Made by a program: the position numbers and the translations under genes. Shown here piece after piece: positions 8,547-17,262 of a stretch of DNA of 28,957 bases. Source of the DNA: Candidatus Hodarchaeota archaeon (GTDB lineage Archaea > Asgardarchaeota > Heimdallarchaeia > Hodarchaeales > Hodarchaeaceae); NCBI GenBank assembly GCA_016839785.1, contig JAEOTQ010000101.1, forward strand, positions 1-28,957, read 5' to 3'. Each line of letters begins with the position of its first letter. Within the stretch, counting starts at the first letter, position 1. The notes below the pieces were generated by a model. That model did not search any database. It saw nothing but the letters and a program-made list of their open reading frames with translations, and was not told the origin of the DNA.

Positions 8547-10607
8547 ATGTCGACTCACGGAAAACAAGTGCTTGTGATAGGAGAAAAAGCTTCACAGGTT
8601 CGAACCTTTTGTGATGTTTTGCTTTCAGCTGTAAGTACAAAAAAGGTTGGAAAGCGTGTTTATACTCGTTCAGGTAGATGGAAGGGGAATACTTTAACAT
8701 TTCTACCATTATCAGGGCATATTACTACACTAGATACAAAAAAAGGCTATGGATGGGGAGAAGTGCCTCCAATTGCACTCGTACAAGATCCAAAAGCCCT
8801 TATCGTCAAAGAAAATTATGAATTTCGAAAAATTATTCGTGATCTCGCTCAGAACAATGATGAATTATGGTTGGCCACAGATCCTGATTCTGAAGGGGAT
8901 AATATTGCTTATGAGGCCTATACTATTGCTATACGATCCAATCCGAAGTTAAAATCCAATACACGACGTATTTGTAACTCATCGTTAACATCAGGGGAAA
9001 TTGTGAGGGCTTTTAATCAGTTGACTTCCTGGTCTATCAATCAAGCTTTAGCAGTTCAGGGCCGTAGGACAATAGATGCATGGGTTGGTTTTGCTGGTAC
9101 TCGTGAGGTAACCATCGCCGCACGTAAAGTTAGAAAGCAACGTGGGTTGGTTTTATCCGTTGGACGAGTACAATTACCAACATTGAAACTGATAGTAGAT
9201 CGAGATAATGAACATGAAGCATTTCTTACTCAACAGAAATACAATATCCTTGCCGACCTATTAGATAACAGTAGGAAGGAAGTATTAGCTTCAGTCCAAC
9301 ATGATCGATCTCCGTTTACAAAAGAAGAAAACGTACAGACTATCCTTACGAAATTAAAAATGTCAACTTTAGGAAAAATTACCTCATTTCAACGGAGGCA
9401 AACTTTAATTCCTCCTCCTCGCCCCATGAATACAACTGATGCCATTGCACTTATATCACGGAACCTGAAGGTCAAAGCTGAAGAAGCTTTAGCCATTCTT
9501 TCTACTCTTTATGAACAGGGATACATTTCCTACCCTCGTACCGAAAATAGGAAATTTAAAGAAAACTTCCCTCATAAAGAGATTCTGATCAACCTCCAAA
9601 AGCATGATCCTTACAAAATTTTTTTCCATCAAATCAAAAGTATGATTCAGGTTCGAACAAATGGTCGGAAGCAAGGAACAGAAGATCATGATCCGATTCA
9701 CCCGACAGGTGAGATTCCTCAGATCGGAGCTAAACTTACTCCGACTCACTTAAAGAGTTGGACATATATTGCTCGTTGGTATATCGGTATGTTCATGGAA
9801 GATCTTATTCAACAACGTGGAGTTGTAAAACTAGAAATAAAAGAGGAACCATTTTCTCAAAAGTATCAAACCACCGAAAAATTCGGATGGACGGAAGCGA
9901 TGACATGGCGGAAACCTCGTGAAACACCTTCATTCACTTTTGAGAAGGGACAAATTGTCCAAGTCCGCAACATTCGATCAGAAGCCTTTAAAACAAAACC
10001 ACCTGCTCGCTGGGGAGATGCAGCACTTATCAAAAGGTTAGAAAAGCTCAAGATTGGGACAAAATCTTCTCGTCCAGAGGTTATCAAAAAACTTGAATTG
10101 AGAAATTATATTATACGGAAGGGGACGTCATATGAGAGTACGTTAACTGGAAAAACGCTCATTAAAGTATTTGATGCGATTTGGCCTGATCTTGTAACAC
10201 CTAAGTTTACACGTCAAGTCGAAATCCGAATGGATGAGGTAGCTACTGAGAAGTGTTCGTATGCTACAATGTTAGAGGCAATTCGAACAGAATATCTTTC
10301 TCTCCATCAAAAGTTAATATTACAAATACAAGAACTGCAGGTTCTGTTAAAACAAGCATTTTCAAATCTCGGTACTGAAAGAAGTACAAAATATATCGCT
10401 AAAACTTCCCAAAACAGACCAAAGTCTAAAATCAGCAAATCCCCTTATTCTTGTCCTGTATGCAATGTTGGTGATCTTCGTGAAAGAACCAATTCTCGTA
10501 CAGGTGAGAAATTCTATGGTTGTTCGCGATATCCAACCTGTAGTTTCACAAGTCCTCGTGCAAAACTGAAAAACCACAAATTTGGACCTTTAGTCTATAA
10601 GAAATAA
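8547..10607 (+). CDS. topA: Type IA DNA topoisomerase (TopA/Topo III-like) with one C-terminal C4 zinc ribbon
   Basis: TOPRIM motifs GEKAS, LSGHI and ATDPDSEG; SVGRVQLPTL; catalytic YISYPRT; DHDPIHPT; IGTKSSR; CPVC...FYGCSRYPTC. Confidence 0.95.
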   Translation: MSTHGKQVLVIGEKASQVRTFCDVLLSAVSTKKVGKRVYTRSGRWKGNTLTFLPLSGHITTLDTKKGYGWGEVPPIALVQDPKALIVKENYEFRKIIRDLAQNNDELWLATDPDSEGDNIAYEAYTIAIRSNPKLKSNTRRICNSSLTSGEIVRAFNQLTSWSINQALAVQGRRTIDAWVGFAGTREVTIAARKVRKQRGLVLSVGRVQLPTLKLIVDRDNEHEAFLTQQKYNILADLLDNSRKEVLASVQHDRSPFTKEENVQTILTKLKMSTLGKITSFQRRQTLIPPPRPMNTTDAIALISRNLKVKAEEALAILSTLYEQGYISYPRTENRKFKENFPHKEILINLQKHDPYKIFFHQIKSMIQVRTNGRKQGTEDHDPIHPTGEIPQIGAKLTPTHLKSWTYIARWYIGMFMEDLIQQRGVVKLEIKEEPFSQKYQTTEKFGWTEAMTWRKPRETPSFTFEKGQIVQVRNIRSEAFKTKPPARWGDAALIKRLEKLKIGTKSSRPEVIKKLELRNYIIRKGTSYESTLTGKTLIKVFDAIWPDLVTPKFTRQVEIRMDEVATEKCSYATMLEAIRTEYLSLHQKLILQIQELQVLLKQAFSNLGTERSTKYIAKTSQNRPKSKISKSPYSCPVCNVGDLRERTNSRTGEKFYGCSRYPTCSFTSPRAKLKNHKFGPLVYKK

Positions 10608-10670
10608 TTCTCCGACTCCTTTGATTTCTGGAAATCACATTCCTTATCTCTAAATGTCAATACCAGTACC

Positions 10671-10690
10671 TTTTTTTTCCTCTCTTTTTT
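10671..10690 (+). terminator. Oligo-T terminator downstream of the topoisomerase gene
   Basis: T8-CCTCTC-T6 about 65 nt after the stop codon. Confidence 0.45.
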
Positions 10691-10753
10691 CATCGATGAG
10701 TGAGTTAATTCCCCTAATTTGCGACATTAAGAGTACCGGAAGGCCATTGATTA

Positions 10754-12208
10754 ATGACGATTAAAGTAGCAGAGAAACGAATGAAGTCTGTTGGGGTAGA
10801 TGTAGGAACTAGTACTTCACATTTAGTTTTTTCGGAGTTAGTCTTGAAAAAAGATCCTTCATCAAAAACTGAAAAATTTTACGTTGCTGAACGGAATATT
10901 AAATATCGAGGAGACATCATTTTTACTCCCCTCCTACCTTCAAACGAAATCGATATTGACAAATTACTCCCTGCATTACTTGCAGAATATCAAAAAGCCA
11001 ACATTGATCCAACTACCATTGATTCTGGTGCAGTTATCATTACTGGGGAATCAGCAAAACGCAATAATGCTGAAAAAATTGTTCAATTTTTGGCTAAGGA
11101 AGCTAAACTAGGAAATTTTGTTGCTAGTACAGCTGGACCGAACTTTGAATCAACGATTTCCGCATACGGTTCAGGGGCAGTGACTTTTTCTGCAACCCAT
11201 GGCAAAAAAATTATTCATACCGATGTGGGTGGGGGAACCTCTAATATTGCAGTCATAGACAATGGAATAATAACTGCTACCGCGTGTATAAATGTGGGTG
11301 GTAGATTACTTGCATTTAATGAAGATGATGAAATAATTCGCTTGGAACCTGTAGGAGAGGTAGTTTTAGACGCATGTGATTTTTCTCAGAGAATAGGGGA
11401 TAAGTTAACAGAGGAGGAAAAAACTATTATCAGTCGAAAACTAGCTAATTCTCTGTTAGAGGTATTAAAAGGCCAAGACATCTCTAAACTCACTCAAGAA
11501 CTTATGATGACCGAAAATCTACCTCCTGATAGTTTTAAGAACAATCCTGCGGTTAGTTTCTCTGGAGGTGTGGCTGAATATATTTATCAAAAATCTGAAC
11601 AAGAATTCAACGATCTTGGTAAACATCTTGGAACACAAATACGTTCTCTCCTGGTAAAACACTCCTTTGAGCGAATTGAAACTCCTGAAAAAATACGTGC
11701 AACTGTTATTGGTGCTAGTGGGCATACATTAAATGTAAGTGGATCTACAACGTTCATATCAAAGGATCGTAGCAAAATTGACCTTCCAATACGTAATCTA
11801 CCTGTAGTTGTCCCCCAAATCGATCGACATCTATTGTCAATTGACTATGTTGCCACCCAAATTCAGAGCTCATTGAAGAGAATGGATATTGTAGAGGGAG
11901 AGAATAAATTCGTTCTTGCTTTTATTGATCCAGTTCGCTCTGTATATGATAAATTAGCAATTTTTTCGAAAGGAATTGTAAAAGGATTACCTAGATCAGT
12001 GCAGAACAACAAACCAATCTTCTTGGTATTTCAAACGGATATTGGAAATTCCGTTGGGAATGTCATGAAACGAGAGACGAAAATTTCTAATGAAATTCTC
12101 TCTTTAGATGAGATTTCGGTAAAAGAAGGGGATTTTATTGATTGTGGTAAACCACTGTTTGAAGATCGTGTCTTTCCTATTGTTATAAAATCACTTATCT
12201 TCGGTTAA
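10754..12208 (+). CDS. eutA: EutA-family reactivating factor (ASKHA ATPase)
   Basis: SVGVDVGTSTSHLVFSEL, GAVIITGE, FVASTAGPNFE, DVGGGTSN, NVGGRL, FSGGVA, IRATVIGA and C-terminal PIVIKSLIF, matching EutA over its whole length. Confidence 0.9.
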   Translation: MTIKVAEKRMKSVGVDVGTSTSHLVFSELVLKKDPSSKTEKFYVAERNIKYRGDIIFTPLLPSNEIDIDKLLPALLAEYQKANIDPTTIDSGAVIITGESAKRNNAEKIVQFLAKEAKLGNFVASTAGPNFESTISAYGSGAVTFSATHGKKIIHTDVGGGTSNIAVIDNGIITATACINVGGRLLAFNEDDEIIRLEPVGEVVLDACDFSQRIGDKLTEEEKTIISRKLANSLLEVLKGQDISKLTQELMMTENLPPDSFKNNPAVSFSGGVAEYIYQKSEQEFNDLGKHLGTQIRSLLVKHSFERIETPEKIRATVIGASGHTLNVSGSTTFISKDRSKIDLPIRNLPVVVPQIDRHLLSIDYVATQIQSSLKRMDIVEGENKFVLAFIDPVRSVYDKLAIFSKGIVKGLPRSVQNNKPIFLVFQTDIGNSVGNVMKRETKISNEILSLDEISVKEGDFIDCGKPLFEDRVFPIVIKSLIFG

Positions 12209-12223
12209 TAAATAAAATTTGAT

Positions 12224-12733
12224 TTGGGTGAAAAATCACTTTTGAAAGTTTTAGGGTTAATTTCAGATACTCATATTCCCTCTTGTAGGAGAGAATTACC
12301 AAAAAAGGTATTCTCAGCATTTAAAAATGTCGATTTGATCCTTCATGCTGGGGACTTTGAAAACATCGAGGTTGTGGAAACTTTAGAGGCTATTGCACCT
12401 CTTAAAGCTGTTCATGGAAATATGTGTAGTGGGGAAGTGAAGAAGAAATTTCCTCCAAAATTAACATTTAAAGTAGAAGAGGTTGAAATAGGACTAACTC
12501 ACGGTGATGGAGGCCCATCAGGATACTCTTCTCGAATACAAGATCTTTTTCTACAAGATAATCCAAACATTATAGTGTCAGGACACACACACAGACCCAC
12601 AGCAGAAATAATTAACGGAATCCTTATGTTAAATCCAGGGTCACCAACCGATAAGAGATTTGCTCCCAAAAATACCGTTATGCTATTGAAAGTTGATCGA
12701 TCTAAATATAATTACAAAATTCTTGATATTTGA
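12224..12733 (+). CDS. Metallophosphoesterase, YfcE/MJ0936 (Vps29-related) family
   Basis: ISDTH, HAGD, VHGN, THG, SGHTH and NPGS motifs. Confidence 0.92.
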   Translation: MGEKSLLKVLGLISDTHIPSCRRELPKKVFSAFKNVDLILHAGDFENIEVVETLEAIAPLKAVHGNMCSGEVKKKFPPKLTFKVEEVEIGLTHGDGGPSGYSSRIQDLFLQDNPNIIVSGHTHRPTAEIINGILMLNPGSPTDKRFAPKNTVMLLKVDRSKYNYKILDI

Positions 12734-12750
12734 AAATTTAAATGGTAAAA

Positions 12751-13569
12751 TTAGGGTATTCCTCTAGGATCCCAGGTTATCGATTCACCTTTTCTCAATG
12801 AATCAAGTCTGTCCATATCATCCTTAGAAAGGTCAAAATTAAAAACATCTGCATTTTGTTTTAAATGCTTCTTATCTGCACTCTTGGGAATTGTCGGTAC
12901 ATTATGTTGTAAACACCAACGTATGAGAATCTGCGGAGGAGATTTCCCATGTTTTTTTCCGATTTCCTTCAAAGTCTTATCGCCAAGTTTTTGACCCTTT
13001 GTTAAGGGACTATACGCTTGTAGCTGTATTTGATTATCTTCGCAGTACTTGAGAAGATTACGATTATACAACCAAGGATGAAATTCAACTTGATTAACTA
13101 GTGGAATAATCGAACAGGTTACTAGAAGCTCTTCTAAATGATTGATCATAAAATTACTAACGCCAATCCCTTTTACTCTTTCAGTTTCTAGAAGTGATTC
13201 AAGAGCAGTCCAAGATTTTAACCTCAAGTTTGTAACGGGCCAGTGAATCAGATATAAATCGATATAGTCTAATCCAAATCTATCCATACTTTTATCAAAT
13301 GCTGTTAGCGCTTTTTTATAACCTTGATCACTATTCCAAAGCTTGGATGTGATGAAAAACTCTTTTCGATTAAAAGTACTGGTGGAAATAGCCTTTCCAA
13401 CTTCTTTTTCATTTCCATAAAATGTTGCAGTATCAAATAATCGGTAACCAAGATCTATTGCCCACTGAAAAACTCGATCAGCTTCCCTTGGGCGTATCTG
13501 ATAAACACCCAGACCTAGATATGGCATTTCGATACCATTATTTAGCCGAATTTTACTGGAGAATTTCAT
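12751..13569 (-). CDS. Aldo/keto reductase (YvgN / 2,5-DKG reductase-like)
   Basis: GLGVYQ, DTATFYGNE, ITSKLWN, YIDLYLIHWP, GIGVSNF, NQVEFHP, AYSPL, IPKS. Confidence 0.95.
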   Translation of the reverse strand: MKFSSKIRLNNGIEMPYLGLGVYQIRPREADRVFQWAIDLGYRLFDTATFYGNEKEVGKAISTSTFNRKEFFITSKLWNSDQGYKKALTAFDKSMDRFGLDYIDLYLIHWPVTNLRLKSWTALESLLETERVKGIGVSNFMINHLEELLVTCSIIPLVNQVEFHPWLYNRNLLKYCEDNQIQLQAYSPLTKGQKLGDKTLKEIGKKHGKSPPQILIRWCLQHNVPTIPKSADKKHLKQNADVFNFDLSKDDMDRLDSLRKGESITWDPRGIP

Positions 13570-13679
13570 ATTAAAACCTCTATAATTTCTACTTGAGAGA
13601 AATTTATCCTAAATAGTTTGAGTATCAAAGAAAAAAAGAGAAAAGAAAGAGATGTTTTCAAGTATTATTATGCTTAGAT

Positions 13680-14621
13680 TTAGGGGGGAGAGACAACAAC
13701 TCCCAAAAAGAGCCAGAAAAAGGCAAAAGCCATCAACATTGACGCCAGTTTGAATATCCTAAATGTACCAACCTGTGTTGGCTTTCTGAGATTTTTCAAT
13801 GACAGATATATCATATAGATGCAGAACGCAAATAACGGCAATAGTGGTAAAACCCGAATACTTAGGGTAATCCCCGTCAACGCAATCAGCACTGTACTCA
13901 GAATAGCTGACAATGTGATTACTTGTATAGTCTGAGTTTCACTTCGTATTACTGGCCACATAGGAATATGGGCATTTCTGTATCCTTCCAAATTTTTTGG
14001 AAGTAATGCGAGAGTTAAAATATGTAAAGGGATCCAACAAAGCACAAATAAGCCCATCAGAATTCCAGGAAGTGTTATTGATGCCGATACTGCCGTTGCT
14101 CCAGCTAGTGCTGGTAATCCACCTGCGATTCCTCCAAAAATGATGGAAAATCGAGTTCTTCTTTTCAATAAGAGAGAATAAACTACCACGTCGAAGAATG
14201 CACCGAGAAAAACGACCACCGCTGTTAAATAATCCACAAATACTGCAATGGCTAAAAGTCCCGCAATTGTGAACAGAAAACCATGTCGAAGAACGGTTCT
14301 AGATGAGATTTTTCCCATTGGTAGTGGCCGATCTCTTGTTCTTTCCATTAAAGCATCGATATCACGATCTATATACATATTTAGAAGCGTACTTCCTGAG
14401 ATAGCAAAAAATATCCCCACGTTCAACCATAGGAATACACTTAAGTTAAATCCTGAATACCACGCTGTGATTAGATACGCAAATAATGCTGTATAAACTA
14501 ACAAGAATGTTTGCTTACTTTTAATCAGCTCTCCATAAAGAAAAAATGGAGTGGTCGTGGTAGAAGCTAATGTTGGTTGTTCATACGCCTGTAGTTGATC
14601 GGGGGATTCAGTATCGGACAT
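13680..14621 (-). CDS. ctaB: Protoheme IX farnesyltransferase (heme O synthase, UbiA superfamily)
   Basis: NMYIDRDIDALMERTRDRPLPMG, YSLLLKRRT, GGIAGGLPAL, WIPLH, YRNAHIPMWPV; about 9 TM segments. Confidence 0.93.
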   Translation of the reverse strand: MSDTESPDQLQAYEQPTLASTTTTPFFLYGELIKSKQTFLLVYTALFAYLITAWYSGFNLSVFLWLNVGIFFAISGSTLLNMYIDRDIDALMERTRDRPLPMGKISSRTVLRHGFLFTIAGLLAIAVFVDYLTAVVVFLGAFFDVVVYSLLLKRRTRFSIIFGGIAGGLPALAGATAVSASITLPGILMGLFVLCWIPLHILTLALLPKNLEGYRNAHIPMWPVIRSETQTIQVITLSAILSTVLIALTGITLSIRVLPLLPLFAFCIYMIYLSLKNLRKPTQVGTFRIFKLASMLMAFAFFWLFLGVVVSPP

Positions 14622-14662
14622 TTGATTCTATCTTACCTTCTATTGAGATTATCTTTTGTTAC

Positions 14663-16264
14663 TTACTCGGGCCAATCTTTTACATCATGTCTACCCTTTA
14701 TTATGTGAATCAATTGATTAAAGCAGAAAATTGCTAACACAATAACAAAGAGCATGATTCCCAAATCCATGACAAGAGGTAACCAATTACCAAACCCGAA
14801 GAGTTTTTGGGCCTTCCAGAAGTCAGCGACATCTATATATTTCGTTAGATTCGTAGCCCACTCTTGATCAAAGTGAGGATAATAGAGATATATCATACCT
14901 AGACCAAAAGCTACAAGACTGCCTACAAATGATAGCCAGCCCATCACTTTTCGAGCTATGCCTTGGATATCCAAAATATCAATCAATAGAAGCACTAGCA
15001 TTATTGCTGACAAGGTAGCCAAAATATGCCAATGACCTCTTGCTACAGTTGTTTCAACTGCTAGGGGACCATCTCTAAAAGCAACAATATCCAAAATCCT
15101 TGTGAATGGAGACACTCCTTCAGGATCAGTGGGGCCCCGTAGACTGAGGGCTAGAAAAATTCCACCAAAAGTCATAACAAAGTTAACCCAAATGAAATAC
15201 CAGTAGAGAGAAAACTTCACAGGATCATTGAAGACAGCTTTAGATCGTTTCACCCATGAGGCGGATTCGTATTGATCTCCAAGAATTTCCTTACTCATTT
15301 TATTCCAACCAGTGAGTGCTAAAATGAGACCAACCGTTACCAAGATAGCAGACCCTGCATAGATTAGGTAATGCATATCAAAGGGAAAATCGATTACTTC
15401 ATTAAAAGTAACAGCCCAAGAACCGATTGACATAATCAACATTCCTGGCATAGCAAGAACCATTGAAATAGCATACCATTTTCCCTTTTGATCCCGTACG
15501 GTGTATCTATAGACGACTAACAGTATAATAGTATCAATTAGTGCTAACATTATATGCAAGTGTGCTTTAACTGCATCCACTAATACATGGTCATAAACAA
15601 GATAGTCAACTAGTTCATCTCTGAGAAAATACTCTGCTAAAAGAGGTATCATACCATTCCCGAAGAAGGATCCAATGGCTCCTCCGAGAATTACGCTGAT
15701 TAAGATACAAATAGTCAAGAGTGTCACAGCGGATTGACCTAAGAGAATATTTCGACTGTTCTCTGATTCACGTTTGGGAAAAGATCCAGTCGGAAAAACT
15801 CCAAGTAGAAGCATAATTCCTGCATAGAAACAAAGCGAGAGTCCAACTAAGTAAAGGCCATGTAAAATCCAAGCACCTTGGAAAACATAAGCAAATAATA
15901 TACCACTACTCGATGCTAAGGTACTTCCGAGGAACAGAGGCCATTTTACTCGCGATTTGAATTTTTCACGGACATCCATGAACATTAGTACGAAATAAGT
16001 ACATACTGCAACAACTGGTACCGCTATACTATGATAAAGTATAATAATACGGCCAGCCCTATCAACAAAATCATCAGATAATTCAATTGGTAGCAATGGT
16101 TGACCAAGTATGAGTTCGATAGGTTCGGAGAATGTAGATAAAAATAATACAATTACAAAGATATAAACTACTGTAAAAGTCGCCAGTCCTTTGTAAGTTG
16201 CACCGTAATTTATCTTCCTTCTTAACCACTCAATTTTTGAGTCAGATGAATTAATTTCAGACAT
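14663..16264 (-). CDS. 12-TM histidine-rich membrane protein, putative heme-binding protein (HCO subunit I / heme A synthase-like topology, non-canonical)
   Basis: 12 hydrophobic segments. H78 (TM2), H135 (TM4), H235-x-H237 (TM6), H298 (TM8), H411-x-H413 (TM10). AGGTGA RBS at 16271-16276. Lies 41 bp upstream of ctaB. Confidence 0.6.
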   Translation of the reverse strand: MSEINSSDSKIEWLRRKINYGATYKGLATFTVVYIFVIVLFLSTFSEPIELILGQPLLPIELSDDFVDRAGRIIILYHSIAVPVVAVCTYFVLMFMDVREKFKSRVKWPLFLGSTLASSSGILFAYVFQGAWILHGLYLVGLSLCFYAGIMLLLGVFPTGSFPKRESENSRNILLGQSAVTLLTICILISVILGGAIGSFFGNGMIPLLAEYFLRDELVDYLVYDHVLVDAVKAHLHIMLALIDTIILLVVYRYTVRDQKGKWYAISMVLAMPGMLIMSIGSWAVTFNEVIDFPFDMHYLIYAGSAILVTVGLILALTGWNKMSKEILGDQYESASWVKRSKAVFNDPVKFSLYWYFIWVNFVMTFGGIFLALSLRGPTDPEGVSPFTRILDIVAFRDGPLAVETTVARGHWHILATLSAIMLVLLLIDILDIQGIARKVMGWLSFVGSLVAFGLGMIYLYYPHFDQEWATNLTKYIDVADFWKAQKLFGFGNWLPLVMDLGIMLFVIVLAIFCFNQLIHIIKGRHDVKDWPE

Positions 16265-16274
16265 TTTTTCTCAC

Positions 16275-16955
16275 CTAAAATAAACTACTGATTATGGGAA
16301 TATCCACTTTCCACTTTTTCGGGAGTCCGATCCCTAGGGCAAAGAATACTCCAACGACAAGTAACAAATATGGTAGAATAGCAAAAATTTCTGTTAATGG
16401 TAAAATTGCTTCCATACTTTCTACTGTGGCAAACGCGAGTAATACACCACCAAATGAAATCAATAATCCACCAATTCCAAAGAAAATACTCGTCCATGCT
16501 GTTTTTTTCGTAAATGCCGTGTATAAGGGTAAAAATGATATAATCAATCCAGAAGGAATATGAATACCCATTATAACCATGGAAGCGATGTCTAGCGTAA
16601 GTATATCTAGTTTAATAACAGTTAATATCCCTATTACGACTATAGCATATAGCGCATAGAAGAATCCATATTGAGTGTCGTCATAGACAGCATATAAAAG
16701 TCCAATTGCAAGCCCTGCAGGAATCAATGCTGCCACTGGAGGGACAAGTGGATTTTCCAAAGCTTCAGTCCATCCGAGGAAAATAATCAACACACCAGAG
16801 ACAAATAAAACCAAAAAACTTATTGCCCATGATAGGTGATACATTTTCTTGGAAGATAGGTATTCTTTTAGTAGTAACAGAGCCAAGATAATTGCTACAA
16901 CTCCTACTACCAGAAGTACAACCGCTCCCATTAAATCAGTGTCAAGTAATGTCAT
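16275..16955 (-). CDS. 7-TM membrane protein of unknown function, first gene of the heme operon
   Basis: Seven hydrophobic segments and one intramembrane His (MGIHIPSG). Its stop overlaps the RBS of the next gene (10-bp gap). Confidence 0.75.
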   Translation of the reverse strand: MTLLDTDLMGAVVLLVVGVVAIILALLLLKEYLSSKKMYHLSWAISFLVLFVSGVLIIFLGWTEALENPLVPPVAALIPAGLAIGLLYAVYDDTQYGFFYALYAIVVIGILTVIKLDILTLDIASMVIMGIHIPSGLIISFLPLYTAFTKKTAWTSIFFGIGGLLISFGGVLLAFATVESMEAILPLTEIFAILPYLLLVVGVFFALGIGLPKKWKVDIPIISSLF

Positions 16956-17128
16956 ATCGTTTCAACTCAATGTCAAAATTTTTACTTTCTGTGTTGGATA
17001 AGAACGAAATATTATCAAGATTCATACATGCTAGCTTCATTAGATTGAAACTGTGTTTATAATCTTTACGTGAATTGACGAAACAGAAGGCGCAAGAATA
17101 AAGTTTTTGCGAATAAAAAAATTATCTG

Positions 17129-17205
17129 CTTACAAATTAGTAAGTACCCCTAACAAATGGTACGTTACCTTACTTCTTAGTAAGCCGCTTACTAAAGTAA
17201 ATAAG
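17129..17205. promoter_or_regulatory. Operator array of CTTAC-N6-GTAAG palindromes, probable HxlR-family binding sites
   Basis: Perfect copies at 17129-17144 and 17169-17184. Degenerate copies near 17149-17164 and 17188-17205. A TTTATAT box follows at 17206-17212. Confidence 0.7.
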
Positions 17206-17262
17206 TTTATATTGGACTTCTGTTATTGATTCAATAACTCAAAATATGTAAGGTAATCCGTT

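Noticed and set aside
10608-10753. Cobalamin riboswitch upstream of eutA
   Set aside because: The region is short and T-rich, with no recognisable B12-box or GGGAA core elements.
12224-12733. Vps29 (retromer) eukaryotic signature protein
   Set aside because: All metal-binding motifs of ordinary prokaryotic YfcE/MJ0936 phosphoesterases are intact, and no Vps26/Vps35-like genes are nearby.
14663-16264. Canonical cytochrome oxidase subunit I, NorB or CtaA
   Set aside because: It lacks HPEVY/HLWVEG, the helix-VII HH pair and the CtaA ExxHR motif, so it is kept only as a non-canonical relative.
16275-16955. Rhodopsin (7 TM)
   Set aside because: There is no retinal-binding Lys (DxxxK/SxxxK) in TM7 and no RYxDW-like TM3 motif.
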